Assembly (NCBI GenBank): GCA_947626335.1
Contig: CANQRY010000004.1
Span: 1-52,969 of the forward strand
Direction: 5' to 3'
DNA length: 52,969 nt
DNA from: an uncultured Clostridia bacterium
GTDB lineage: Bacteria; Bacillota; Clostridia; TANB77; CAG-508
Position numbers and translations under genes: made by a program. Positions 30,437 through 41,343 of this stretch are shown here, piece after piece. Each line of letters opens with the position of its first letter. Positions within the stretch are counted from its first letter, which is position 1. Below the pieces are notes generated by a model that was not told where the DNA came from, ran no database searches, and worked only from the letters and a program-made list of their open reading frames with translations.

Positions 30437-33400
30437 ATGTCAAATTTTGTGCATTTACATATACATAGTGAATTTAGCTTATTAGATGGAGCAAACAGAA
30501 TAAAAGATTTGCCAGTACGTGCAAAAGAGCTTGGAATGGACTCAATAGCCATTACCGACCATGGAGCTATGTTTGGTGCAATTGATTTTTATAAAGCTTG
30601 TAAAGCCAATGGTGTTAAGCCAATTATTGGCTGTGAGGTATATGTTGCACCACGTTCAAGATTTGACAAAGACCCTAACTTAGATGCAAAATACAGCCAT
30701 TTAATTCTGCTTGCAAAAAATAATGATGGTTATAAAAACTTAGCAAAGTTAGTATCAATAGGATATACAGAAGGCTTTTATTATAAGCCACGTATAGATC
30801 ATGAGGTACTTGAAAAATATCATGAAGGGCTAGTATGCTGTAGTGCTTGCTTAGCAGGAGAAGTAAATCAAGCAATACTTTCAAATGATATGGAAAAAGC
30901 AAAACAAGTTGCGTTATGGTTTAAAAATCTATTTAAAGAAGACTACTATTTAGAAATTCAAAACAATGGAATTAAAGAGCAAGTTTTAGCAAATCAAAAA
31001 CTAATTGAACTTTCAAGAGAACTGAATATTCCACTTGTTGCAACAAATGATGCACATTATTTAAAAAGAGAAGATGCATATAATCATGAGGTACTTTTAT
31101 GTATTCAAACTGGAAAACGCATGACAGATGAAGACAGAATGCGTTTTGAAACAGATGAACTATATGTAAAATCGCCTGAAGAAATGATAGAGTATTTTAA
31201 AAATGTACCAGATGCAATAGAAAATACTGTAAAAATAGCTGAAAAGTGTAATGTTGAGTTTGAATTTGGACATACTATTCTTCCTAATTATGACGTACCA
31301 GAAGAATTTAGCTCACATTATGATTATTTAGAAAAACTTACAATGGACGGCTTAAAAAGGCGTTATGAAAAAAATGGAGAAATACCTGAAAATATTTTAG
31401 AAAGAGCAAAATATGAACTTAGTGTTATTAACAGAATGGGATATGTAGACTACTTTTTAATAGTATGGGATTATATAAATTATGCTAAAACACACGATAT
31501 TCCAGTAGGCCCAGGGCGTGGCTCTGGAGCAGGTTCTATTGTAGCATATAGTATAGGAATTACAGATATAGACCCAATAAAATATGGACTTATATTTGAA
31601 CGTTTTTTAAATCCAGAAAGAATTAGCATGCCGGATTTTGACGTTGACTTTTGCTATGAAAAAAGAGATAAAGTAATAGAATATGTTGAATCAAAATATG
31701 GAAAAGACCATGTTTCACAAATTATTACATTTGGTACAATGTCTGCAAGAATGGTTATTCGAGATGTTGCAAGAGTACTAGACCTTCCTTATGCAGATGC
31801 TGATAAGCTTGCAAAAATGATACCAAATGAAATACATATTACAATAAAAAAAGCCATGGAGCAAAATAGAGAGCTAAAAGAGCTTTACGAAAATAGCGCA
31901 GAAATGAAAAAACTTTTAGATATTGCAATGGCTTTAGAAGGAATGCCAAGACAGGCGTCTACTCATGCTTGTGGCATTGTTATTACAAAAGAACCTGTTG
32001 TAAATTATGTTCCACTTTATGTAAGAGATGGTGCAATATCTACACAGTATATAATGACAACCCTAGAAGAACTAGGACTTTTAAAAATGGACTTTTTAGG
32101 TCTTCGTACACTAACTGTTATACAAGATACCATTGATTTGGTAAAGAAAAATAGAGGAATAGATATAAAATTTGATGAAGAAATGAATGACCCAAAAGTA
32201 TATAAACTATGGCAAAATGGAGAATCTGTTGGAATTTTCCAATTTGAAAGCCAAGGAATGACAAACTTCATGAAAGAGCTAAAACCAGATTGCCTAGAGG
32301 ATATTATAGCAGGAGTATCACTATATAGACCAGGCCCAATGGACCAAATTCCAAGATATATTGCAAACAAAAAAGATCCAGAACATGCAGTATACACACA
32401 TCCAGCACTAAAGCCAATACTAGAAGTAACTTATGGATGTATGGTATATCAAGAGCAAGTTATGCAAATAGTAAGAGACCTAGCGGGCTATTCATTAGGT
32501 AGAGCAGATTTAGTAAGACGTGCAATGGGCAAGAAAAAGCTAGACGTAATGGCAAAAGAAAGAGAAATATTTATAAATGGACAGCTAGATGAAAACGGAA
32601 ACATTATAGTTCCAGGGTGCGTGCGAAATGGAATAGATGAAAAATCAGCAAATAAAATATTTGATGAAATGGCAGAATTTGCAAAATATGCATTTAATAA
32701 ATCACATGCAGCAGCATATGCAGTGGTATCATATCAAACAGCATATTTAAAAGCATATTATCCAGCAGAATTTATGGCTGCAATGCTTAATAGCTTTTTA
32801 GGAAATTTAGATAAAGTTCCAGGCTATATTGAAGAATGTAAAAGACTAGGAATAGAAATTTTAAAACCAGACATTAACAAAAGTGATACAAGATTTACAG
32901 TAGATAAAAATCAAATTCGTTTTGGATTAGGAAGTATAAAAAATGTTGGCACATCCGCAGTTGACGAAATTGTAGAGGTTAGAAACAAAGACGGAGTTTT
33001 TAAAAACTTTAGCGATTTTTGTGAAAGAATTAAAGATTCACAAGTAAATAAAAAATGTATAGAAAGTTTAATAAAAGCAGGAGCATTTGATGAATTAGGA
33101 CAAACCAGAAAAACTTTATTAGCATCTTTTGAAGGCATAATAGATATGATAAATGACAGTGCAAAAAAGAGTTTTGCAGGTCAAGTAAGTATGTTTGATT
33201 TAAGCCAAGGAGAAGAAACAAATACTATTAAAGAAATGAAATATCAGTACAATATTTTACCAGAATTTTTGCCAAAAGAATTACTTAGCATGGAAAAAGA
33301 AATGTTAGGGCTATATATTTCAGGACATCCATTAGAAAACTTAAGAAATCAAATTGAATCTGTTACAAATATAAATACAATAATTTTAAGAGAGCTTGCA

Positions 33401-33949
33401 GAAACAGAAACTGAAGATGATGAAAACTTAAATATAGAGCAAAACTCAGCAAAGCTTAAATTTAAAGATGGACAAAATGTTATATATGCAGGAATTATAT
33501 CTTCTGTTAAAAAGAAATACACAAAAAATAATAAAATAATGGCATTCGTAACAGTAGAAGATTTATTTGGACAAGCAGAAATTATAGTATTTGAAAGCTG
33601 CTATCAAAACTGCTCTAATATTTTAATGAATGATAACATTGTTTTAGTTGAAGGAAGGCTTAGCATTAGAGAAGATGAAGAACCTAAAATTGTTGCAAGA
33701 ACAATAAAAGAATTTGCAGAAACAAAGAAAAAAGTTTTTAAACTTAACATTACAAATTTAAATGAAGAAACAAAACAAAAACTAAAAGGAGCAATTTTCT
33801 TCTTTACTGGTGAAAAAAATAATATGCCAATGCAAATTCAAAACGGAGATAAAATAGATACAACCAAAACTGAAATTTATATGAATAAAGAAATTTTATT
33901 GCAATTTAAAGATTTAGTAGGAGAAGAAAATGCAAGTGTTGAGGAATAA
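30437..33949 (+). CDS. dnaE: DNA polymerase III alpha subunit
   Basis: PHP HLHIHSEFSLLDG, GPGRGSGAGS, MPDFDVDF, YAFNKSH. Confidence 0.98.
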   Translation: MSNFVHLHIHSEFSLLDGANRIKDLPVRAKELGMDSIAITDHGAMFGAIDFYKACKANGVKPIIGCEVYVAPRSRFDKDPNLDAKYSHLILLAKNNDGYKNLAKLVSIGYTEGFYYKPRIDHEVLEKYHEGLVCCSACLAGEVNQAILSNDMEKAKQVALWFKNLFKEDYYLEIQNNGIKEQVLANQKLIELSRELNIPLVATNDAHYLKREDAYNHEVLLCIQTGKRMTDEDRMRFETDELYVKSPEEMIEYFKNVPDAIENTVKIAEKCNVEFEFGHTILPNYDVPEEFSSHYDYLEKLTMDGLKRRYEKNGEIPENILERAKYELSVINRMGYVDYFLIVWDYINYAKTHDIPVGPGRGSGAGSIVAYSIGITDIDPIKYGLIFERFLNPERISMPDFDVDFCYEKRDKVIEYVESKYGKDHVSQIITFGTMSARMVIRDVARVLDLPYADADKLAKMIPNEIHITIKKAMEQNRELKELYENSAEMKKLLDIAMALEGMPRQASTHACGIVITKEPVVNYVPLYVRDGAISTQYIMTTLEELGLLKMDFLGLRTLTVIQDTIDLVKKNRGIDIKFDEEMNDPKVYKLWQNGESVGIFQFESQGMTNFMKELKPDCLEDIIAGVSLYRPGPMDQIPRYIANKKDPEHAVYTHPALKPILEVTYGCMVYQEQVMQIVRDLAGYSLGRADLVRRAMGKKKLDVMAKEREIFINGQLDENGNIIVPGCVRNGIDEKSANKIFDEMAEFAKYAFNKSHAAAYAVVSYQTAYLKAYYPAEFMAAMLNSFLGNLDKVPGYIEECKRLGIEILKPDINKSDTRFTVDKNQIRFGLGSIKNVGTSAVDEIVEVRNKDGVFKNFSDFCERIKDSQVNKKCIESLIKAGAFDELGQTRKTLLASFEGIIDMINDSAKKSFAGQVSMFDLSQGEETNTIKEMKYQYNILPEFLPKELLSMEKEMLGLYISGHPLENLRNQIESVTNINTIILRELAETETEDDENLNIEQNSAKLKFKDGQNVIYAGIISSVKKKYTKNNKIMAFVTVEDLFGQAEIIVFESCYQNCSNILMNDNIVLVEGRLSIREDEEPKIVARTIKEFAETKKKVFKLNITNLNEETKQKLKGAIFFFTGEKNNMPMQIQNGDKIDTTKTEIYMNKEILLQFKDLVGEENASVEE

Positions 33950-34097
33950 ATACGAAATTAAAAAATATTTTTTAAGTAAAATGTAAAAAATCACTTTTTT
34001 TTCTTGATATTTTATGCTAATTATTGTATTATATAATAAGTGAAAAAATATGAATTGAAATAGTTAATTGAAAAATAAGGAAGGGGCAAACAAATTT

Positions 34098-34511
34098 ATG
34101 AAAAAAGTAGTAACAATTTTATTTGTTTTTTTAATCATATTTGGAACAGTATTTGTTTACGCATCATCTACGCAAACAAATAATACACTAACTTCTGAAA
34201 CAACAACTACTACAAATTTAGTAGAATTAAAAGATAAAGCACTAAAAAGTCTAGAAGATTATCAAATTGCTTACGGAGACAATACTTATGGCTTAGCTGC
34301 TTATATTTTAAATATCATTAGAATTTATAGTATACCATTTGGATTTATTGGTATTGTTATAGCAGCAATCTACCGTTATGTAATTGGTATAAGAAAACTA
34401 GATGTTCAAGATAAAGGTTTTGGAGTGCTAGTTGCAATTATTACTGTAATGGTAATTTGCCAAGTGCTACCATTAATATTTGCAATCGTTGTAAGAGGTT
34501 GGAGGGGTTAA
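34098..34511 (+). CDS. Hypothetical membrane protein (signal peptide + 2 TM)
   Basis: ORF hydropathy pattern; 4 bp upstream of the next gene. Confidence 0.7.
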   Translation: MKKVVTILFVFLIIFGTVFVYASSTQTNNTLTSETTTTTNLVELKDKALKSLEDYQIAYGDNTYGLAAYILNIIRIYSIPFGFIGIVIAAIYRYVIGIRKLDVQDKGFGVLVAIITVMVICQVLPLIFAIVVRGWRG

Positions 34512-34515
34512 ACAA

Positions 34516-36954
34516 ATGAAAGTATTATTTGCCGTAAATAATGAAAGCATTTCTGAATCTATAATAAAAAAATATCAACAAGACTATAAAGAAATTATTT
34601 CAGCAAAGAATGTATATTATTTTAATGCAATTATTAAAGAGTTACAAAGAGATAAAACTTATGATAGAATCATCATAAGCGAAGATTTACAGCCATTTTC
34701 AAATAATAATTATGATGCAATAGATAAATTTATTTTTGAAAAAATGGATAACATTAGTGATGAAGCAACAAGTGAATCTGGAAATGATATTCCAATTATT
34801 TTAATATGCACAGATAGAAGAGAAAAAGCAGAGCCACTATTAGTAAAACTATTTGGAATAGGTGTGTATAACGCAATACTTGGCAAAGATAGAAGCATTA
34901 CTCAAGTTTGCGAGTTATTAGCAAGACCACGTACTAAAAAAGAAGCAAAAGTATATTATCACATTGATTCTGAAGACGTAGATTATAAAGTAGAGAATGA
35001 AGGAGATGTTAGTGAAGTAGAAATTCAAAACATCTTAAATCATTATAAAAAAATTGGTGGAAATGAAGAAAAATATGTGGAAAGTTTTGACCATATTGCT
35101 AGCCAATATACAGATTCACAATTAAGACTAATTGCTAAATTTTTACCACTAAATGTAAAGGCAGTTTTAGAGGCAAGCAGTGCAAAATACCAAGAAGTAG
35201 TTTCATTTGGTAGCTCAAAACCAAAATCGGAGCCATATACTCCGCCACAACTTAAAACTAAAACAAAACCTGCTAAAACCTCAATATTCTCAAGAAAGAA
35301 AAAAGAAGAACCAGTAGAAAATAATGAAGGTTTAGATTTAATAGAAAAAAATATAAATGATAACAAACTTAAAGAGCCTGTTATTATTCCATCTGCAATA
35401 AATGTTTCAAATGTAAGAAAAATGGAACCAAATAATTTATCAAATGAGAATGATGCACAAAAAGTAGAGCAAGAGCCAATACCACAAAATATTAATGAGC
35501 CTCAAGGAATAGATGATATGTTTGAAGAAGTTCCTGAAGTAGTGGAAAGCACTGTTAATGTAGAAGAACCAAAAAGAGGCAGAGGTAGACCTAAAAAATT
35601 AACTGCTCAAGTGCCAAAGCAGGAAGCAAATGAACCAAAAAGAGGTAGAGGCAGACCTAAAAAAATAGTTCCTACAGAAATTGATAATCAAGAAACTAAT
35701 ATTGAAGAAACAGAGAACGTACAAGAGGTAACAGAAACTCAAACTTCAAATAATGTAAATCAAAATAATAATGGGTCATATAGCACTACTCCTGTAAACT
35801 TATTCGAATTAGGAGATGAAAATACTACTGAAAATATAGCCTCACAAAATTCTTCTCCTATGGATGACATGATTTTACCAGGACTAGATGATGAAAACTT
35901 ATTTGCAGAAAATGAAATTTTAAATAATGATTTCAAACCTAAAGCAAATAAAGAAGAGCCATTATTTACAAATACACAAAATGAACCAGTAAATGAAATA
36001 CAAAATCAAGTACAACCTGAAGAAGGTTTATATAACTCAAATACAGTTGAAAATGTTAATAATTATTCTGAAAGCATTCAAAATACAAACTCTATGTTTA
36101 CTAAAGATAAAAAAATTGTTGCATTTGTTGGAACATCAAAAAATGGAACTTCATTTTTAGTAAACAACGTAGCAGAAATGCTATCACAAAGTGGAATAGA
36201 TATTGCAATTTTAGATTTAACACAAAATAAAAATGCATATTATATTTATACAGAAAACGAAGAAACTCTTAGAAAAAAGGCATTTTCTTGTATAGAGGAC
36301 CTAAGAGCTGGAAAAGCAAATGGAATTGAAGTTCATAAAAATTTAACAGTTTATACAACTCTTCCAGGCGAAAATGAAAGCTTTGAAGATTATACAGCAA
36401 TACTTCAAACTTTATCAAAAAATTATTCATTGGTTATACTAGATTGTGATTTTGATACAAACTATAATTATTTTAGAGAAGCACAAGAAATATACTTGGT
36501 ACAAAGCTTAGATGTACTTACAATACAGCCATTAACAGCATTTTTAAGAGACTTAAAATCAAAAAACATATTATTACCAGATAAAATTAGAATAGTTTTA
36601 AATAAAGTTGTTAAACTAAGAAGTATCTCAGACAAAACTATTATTGGTGGAATGGCATATTATAATGACCCAGCAATGTCATTCATGACAGAACTATTTA
36701 ACAAAGATACAGTAAAATATTGTACAATACCATTTGAAGAACAAACATATTCAAAGTACTTAGAAGGTTTAATAAATTGCAAAATTACTTTAAATGGATA
36801 TTCAAAAAACTTTTTATCAATACTAAAAACATTAGGAGATATGGTGTATCCTTTAATAAATAATAGAAAAGTTAACTACAATAACTACCAAAACCAAAGT
36901 AATTTTTCTAATAGCATAAATGATACATTAAATAAAATGAAAAATAATTATTAA
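34516..36954 (+). CDS. Multidomain protein: receiver-like N-terminus, two AT-hooks, degenerate ParA/MinD (CpaE/TadZ-like) domain
   Basis: MKVLFAV..DRIIISE..PIILI; PKRGRGRPKK twice; KIVAFVGTSKNGTS..N.A..IAILDL..YSLVILDC. Confidence 0.7.
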   Translation: MKVLFAVNNESISESIIKKYQQDYKEIISAKNVYYFNAIIKELQRDKTYDRIIISEDLQPFSNNNYDAIDKFIFEKMDNISDEATSESGNDIPIILICTDRREKAEPLLVKLFGIGVYNAILGKDRSITQVCELLARPRTKKEAKVYYHIDSEDVDYKVENEGDVSEVEIQNILNHYKKIGGNEEKYVESFDHIASQYTDSQLRLIAKFLPLNVKAVLEASSAKYQEVVSFGSSKPKSEPYTPPQLKTKTKPAKTSIFSRKKKEEPVENNEGLDLIEKNINDNKLKEPVIIPSAINVSNVRKMEPNNLSNENDAQKVEQEPIPQNINEPQGIDDMFEEVPEVVESTVNVEEPKRGRGRPKKLTAQVPKQEANEPKRGRGRPKKIVPTEIDNQETNIEETENVQEVTETQTSNNVNQNNNGSYSTTPVNLFELGDENTTENIASQNSSPMDDMILPGLDDENLFAENEILNNDFKPKANKEEPLFTNTQNEPVNEIQNQVQPEEGLYNSNTVENVNNYSESIQNTNSMFTKDKKIVAFVGTSKNGTSFLVNNVAEMLSQSGIDIAILDLTQNKNAYYIYTENEETLRKKAFSCIEDLRAGKANGIEVHKNLTVYTTLPGENESFEDYTAILQTLSKNYSLVILDCDFDTNYNYFREAQEIYLVQSLDVLTIQPLTAFLRDLKSKNILLPDKIRIVLNKVVKLRSISDKTIIGGMAYYNDPAMSFMTELFNKDTVKYCTIPFEEQTYSKYLEGLINCKITLNGYSKNFLSILKTLGDMVYPLINNRKVNYNNYQNQSNFSNSINDTLNKMKNNY

Positions 36955-36983
36955 ACTATATAAAGCAAAAAAGAGGTGATTTT

Positions 36984-38072
36984 TTGATACTCATAGTAAT
37001 TATAATATTGGTACTAATTGTACTTTTACTTATGGCATATAATATATCCATACATAAAAAAATACAAGCATTCCAAAACTTAAACCAAAAAATAACAAGC
37101 CTAAACGTATTACAAGAATTTATGAATACAATTAGTGAAGTTACCTCTGTAGACGAAAAAATCAAAAAAATAAACGAAATTCTAATAGAAAGGTATCAAA
37201 TAAAATACTCTACAATTGTAATTTATAATGGAACAGACTACATAGTTAAAGCATCTAATGTAGACGAAAAACACTGGGACACATTAAGAAATTTGCACAA
37301 CGAAGAAATTTTTAAAGACAGCATAAACACTGCTACACCAAAATATATTACCATTGAAAAAGAAGGCGAAAGACTTCCATATCAAAAAATGGAATTTGGT
37401 AGAGCAAAATCTGCAATGTTCTTCCCTCTATATGTTGAAAATATTTATATTGGTTATTGGATAATAGAAGGAAACAAGCCACACGAATTTGACAACATAG
37501 ATACAACAATTTTAGAGGTAATAAGAAACAACATAGTATCTGTATTAAAAACAGTAGAAAATCAACAGGTAATTGAAAACATTGTTAGAGACGACCTATT
37601 TAGTAGTTTAAAATCAGCAGAATACTTATATGGAGAAGGCAAAAAAGTAATAGATCAATACACAACTTCTACAATTTGTTTATTTAGAATTACAAACCTA
37701 GAAGAAATAAACGAAAAATTTGGTAGAGAAGTAGGTAACCAAATAGTTACAGAAGTAAGCAAAATTGTAAAAAGCAGTTTAGCCGAAGAATATATTTTTG
37801 TAAGATATATGGGACCAAAATTTGCAATTGCATTTTCTGGAATAGACATAGATGCAGTAGGCAATTTCTTAAAAGAAATAAAGCCTAAAGTAGAAAATAC
37901 TGAAGTAGAAGTAGAAATTCAAGGCAAAAAAGAAATACAAATTGCAAAGCCAAAACTAAACTTTGTAGTATCTACATATTATAAAAGAACTGCATTAGAA
38001 GGTTTAACAAAAAAATTAGAAGAATATCTAGATAATGCTCCAAAGGAAGAAAGTACAATTAATTATTTATAA
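36984..38072 (+). CDS. Membrane-anchored GAF-like + degenerate GGDEF-domain protein
   Basis: N-terminal TM; SAMFFPL..IGYWII; [28 protein letters not shown] in place of RYGGDEF. Confidence 0.8.
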   Translation: MILIVIIILVLIVLLLMAYNISIHKKIQAFQNLNQKITSLNVLQEFMNTISEVTSVDEKIKKINEILIERYQIKYSTIVIYNGTDYIVKASNVDEKHWDTLRNLHNEEIFKDSINTATPKYITIEKEGERLPYQKMEFGRAKSAMFFPLYVENIYIGYWIIEGNKPHEFDNIDTTILEVIRNNIVSVLKTVENQQVIENIVRDDLFSSLKSAEYLYGEGKKVIDQYTTSTICLFRITNLEEINEKFGREVGNQIVTEVSKIVKSSLAEEYIFVRYMGPKFAIAFSGIDIDAVGNFLKEIKPKVENTEVEVEIQGKKEIQIAKPKLNFVVSTYYKRTALEGLTKKLEEYLDNAPKEESTINYL

Positions 38073-38106
38073 AATTCTAAAAAAATTATTTATAGGAGGG
38101 AAAATT

Positions 38107-38364
38107 ATGATATCTGATGAAACAGTCAGCTTTAAAGTAGAAAAAGACAAAAATGTAAAAACAAAACAAATTTTAAAACAAGTGTATAAAGCTTTAGAGG
38201 AAAAAGGATATAATCCAATTAACCAAATAGTAGGATATATTTTATCAGGGGATCCAACCTATATTACAAGTCACAATGACGCAAGAAATTTAATAAGACA
38301 AGTAGAAAGAGACGAACTTTTAGAAAAAATGGTAAAGAATTATATTGGATTGGACGAAGAATAA
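38107..38364 (+). CDS. ireB: IreB/UPF0297 family phosphoprotein
   Basis: [38 protein letters not shown]. Confidence 0.95.
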   Translation: MISDETVSFKVEKDKNVKTKQILKQVYKALEEKGYNPINQIVGYILSGDPTYITSHNDARNLIRQVERDELLEKMVKNYIGLDEE

Positions 38365-38795
38365 TGCGAAAACTAGGAATCGATTATGGTGATAGTAGGG
38401 TTGGAATAGCAATCACAGATGCACTTGGTATTACAGCACAAGGACTAGAGACAATTAACCATCAAGGAAATGATAAAATAATTTTAAAAAGATTAGATGA
38501 AATCTTAAATGAATATGATATTGATGGATTTGTTGTTGGAATGCCAATAAACATGGATGGAACAAAAACAACAAGAGTAGAAGTAACAGAAAAATTTATA
38601 CATAAATTAAGGTGTAAATATCCTAAAATTACAGTAGATACTGTAGATGAAAGACTAACCACCGTTGCCGCACATAAGACAATGAACTATTTGCAAATAA
38701 ACAAAAATAAAAAAAGAAAAATTGTAGACACAATTTCAGCAGTTTACATTTTAGAAACTTATATGAACAAACAAAAAAATACAAGTAACTTCTAG
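38364..38795 (+). CDS. ruvX: Holliday junction resolvase-like / pre-16S rRNA nuclease
   Basis: LGIDYG..RVGIAITD, VVGMP, DERLTT, VDTISAVYILE. Confidence 0.95.
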   Translation: MRKLGIDYGDSRVGIAITDALGITAQGLETINHQGNDKIILKRLDEILNEYDIDGFVVGMPINMDGTKTTRVEVTEKFIHKLRCKYPKITVDTVDERLTTVAAHKTMNYLQINKNKKRKIVDTISAVYILETYMNKQKNTSNF

Positions 38796-38881
38796 GTTGC
38801 ATATATTTAAAAAAAATGTAAATAATAAAAGAGATATTAACATTGAAAAAATATATAAATAAACGAAAGGAGAAATTAAAA

Positions 38882-39199
38882 ATGAGTGAAAATGAAAACG
38901 AAAATTTAAATAATGGAGAGGAATTAGATAATATATTAGTTCTAAACGATGAAGAAGGAAATGAGGTAGAATTTGAATTTCTTGACTTAATAGAATATGA
39001 AGGAGAAGAATATGTAGTATTATTACCAGTTGAGGAAGAAGAAACAGAAGAACCAGGAGAAGTAGTAATATTAAAACTAGAAGATACAGAGTCAGAAGAC
39101 GAAGAATCTTATGTAAGTGTAGACGATGAAGAAGTACTTAATAAAGTATTTGAAATATTTAAACAAAAATTTGAAGATGAGTTCAATTTTGTAGATTAG
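38882..39199 (+). CDS. DUF1292 family protein
   Basis: LNDEEGNEVEFEFLDLIEYEGEEYVVLLP; follows ireB-ruvX. Confidence 0.9.
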   Translation: MSENENENLNNGEELDNILVLNDEEGNEVEFEFLDLIEYEGEEYVVLLPVEEEETEEPGEVVILKLEDTESEDEESYVSVDDEEVLNKVFEIFKQKFEDEFNFVD

Positions 39200-39236
39200 T
39201 AGTAAAAATATATAATATAAAAAGGAGAAAAAACAA

Positions 39237-39716
39237 ATGAAAAACTTATCTAGCTGGCTAATAGCCATGTTTGCTTTTATGTTTTGGGCATTCCGTGTAG
39301 TTGCAACAGTTATGTACTCAATGGGAAAAGACTTTATAGCAGCTCCACCTAATGGTAATATTGCAATGGAAATTGTATTATTATTTGTAACATTTATTTG
39401 TATTTGCCTTATAACTGCAAGAAAATTATTACCAACTTTAATTTATTTAATAGCACATGCATTATATTATGGAATTTACTTATATCAAAATGTATTATTA
39501 CTAATAGATGGAACAGCGTCTATGAATTCATATATTGATTTATTAGTAGCGTTAGTTGGTATTGCAATACCACTTTTCGCATTCTTTGATGTATTGCTTG
39601 ATAGAAACAGAAAAGCACACCCAACAGACAAAAAAACAGATTGGTTTTACAAAAATGCAGAATATGATAGAAAAATGGATGAAAGAGCAGACAAAAACCA
39701 ATATAGAACTTTATAA
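39237..39716 (+). CDS. Hypothetical 4-TM membrane protein
   Basis: Four hydrophobic segments, charged tail, AGGAG RBS. Confidence 0.75.
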   Translation: MKNLSSWLIAMFAFMFWAFRVVATVMYSMGKDFIAAPPNGNIAMEIVLLFVTFICICLITARKLLPTLIYLIAHALYYGIYLYQNVLLLIDGTASMNSYIDLLVALVGIAIPLFAFFDVLLDRNRKAHPTDKKTDWFYKNAEYDRKMDERADKNQYRTL

Positions 39717-39848
39717 TTATATAAATATTTAGGGGAATGTTATTTTAAAATAGCATTTCCTTTTTTTAAAATAATGACTAATGATACATAAAATATAAAT
39801 AGGTACAATGGTAAAATAGTACAAATTAAAATAAAATGAGGTAGAAAG

Positions 39849-41177
39849 ATGCAAAAAAGAAAAATCAAAAATACAAAAACAAAAGATGAAAAATGGTTTT
39901 TTTCAGATAATAATAAGAACAAAATTCATAATATTAGTGATAAAGATATATACGAATTAATTAAATTGAATAATGAAGAAAAAGAATGGCAAAAAGCTGT
40001 TCAACAAGAAGTTATAAATAGAAATGAAATGGAGATGACACAAGGAGAAATATTAATAGATTTTTTTAGAATGATAAATGCAAAGGGTACTATGATAGAT
40101 TATCCATTTGGACAAAAACTTATAACGTTTGGGAGCACAGGACATCTTTTTAGAGGAGAGAGGCAAATTTTTAGGAAGTCTATCCCTTCATTAAATAGAA
40201 AAATAGAATTATTAGATAAAAAAAGTAAAGAATTATATAGAGCAATTGCTAATCTTAGAATAATTAGATTTAGTGATTTTATTTGGAACTTTGATATTGT
40301 TCCTTTTTGGGAAGCAAAAATGAGTGATGTAAATTATAAAGTTTTAGCTCAACATTATGGTTTTGAAACAAGCTTGCTGGATTTAACAAATGATTTTAAT
40401 ATTGCTCTATTTTTTGCAACTTGCAAATATGTTAAAGAGAATGATTGTTATGTTCCATTAACAGAAAAAGACATTGAAAAATCTGAGAAAACTAAATGGG
40501 GAGTTATTTACCATTCGCCCAATTATATGCTTGATTATTACAATGGAGATAATATATTTAGAATATATGATAAATTTAAACCGGAAGAAATAAAAAATAA
40601 AAAATTCGAAATTGATAGTGGAAAGTTTGATGGAGTAGCATTTCAAACTGGGTTCCAACCGTTTATGAGATGCTCAATGCAAAGTGGTTATGTACTTCCA
40701 ATGAGAGAAGATAACCCTATACAATTAAATAATAGATTTGAAAAAATACATTTTAGACAATCTCCAAAGCTATCTGAAAAAGTTTTTGAAATGATGGAGA
40801 ATGGAAAAAAAGTAATGCCATTTGAAGGAATTAATAAGGCAAAAAAAGTTATAGATGAAATAAAAACAACATTGATTTTTACAGAAAAAGAGATAGAAGA
40901 AGTTTATTACAATGAAGTTGATAAAGAAATTTTTTCAAGTTTAGACGAATTTAAGTATGCCATTACCTCATATAAAATTAATGAAAATTATGATAATGTA
41001 AAGATAGTAGAAAAGATAGAAAATAATTATTTAACTAATGAATTAAAGCAAGAAATTAATGAGCAATATAATGAAAAAGATTTATTAAAATATATAGGAG
41101 GGACAATATATACTAGACCAGAAGATAGAGAATACCTTAGACAGAAATGTATACAGATATATGGAAAGGAAATATGA
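39849..41177 (+). CDS. FRG domain protein
   Basis: LFRGE, LAQHYGFETSLLDLT.D..IALFFA, R..MQSG. Confidence 0.88.
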   Translation: MQKRKIKNTKTKDEKWFFSDNNKNKIHNISDKDIYELIKLNNEEKEWQKAVQQEVINRNEMEMTQGEILIDFFRMINAKGTMIDYPFGQKLITFGSTGHLFRGERQIFRKSIPSLNRKIELLDKKSKELYRAIANLRIIRFSDFIWNFDIVPFWEAKMSDVNYKVLAQHYGFETSLLDLTNDFNIALFFATCKYVKENDCYVPLTEKDIEKSEKTKWGVIYHSPNYMLDYYNGDNIFRIYDKFKPEEIKNKKFEIDSGKFDGVAFQTGFQPFMRCSMQSGYVLPMREDNPIQLNNRFEKIHFRQSPKLSEKVFEMMENGKKVMPFEGINKAKKVIDEIKTTLIFTEKEIEEVYYNEVDKEIFSSLDEFKYAITSYKINENYDNVKIVEKIENNYLTNELKQEINEQYNEKDLLKYIGGTIYTRPEDREYLRQKCIQIYGKEI

Positions 41178-41343
41178 TAAAATTAAAAATAAAACAGACT
41201 TTTTATAAAAATTGACGAAATAATGAAACAAATGTTATAATATATTCCATTAAAATAAAACATATATTAATGTAGGCTATGAAGATAAAGGTATATTAAT
41301 TAATTTTAGTTGTAGTAAAGAGAATAATAGCAAGGAGGTAATA

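Noticed and set aside
30437-33949. Possible intein in dnaE
   Set aside because: Normal length and continuous motifs; no Hint blocks.
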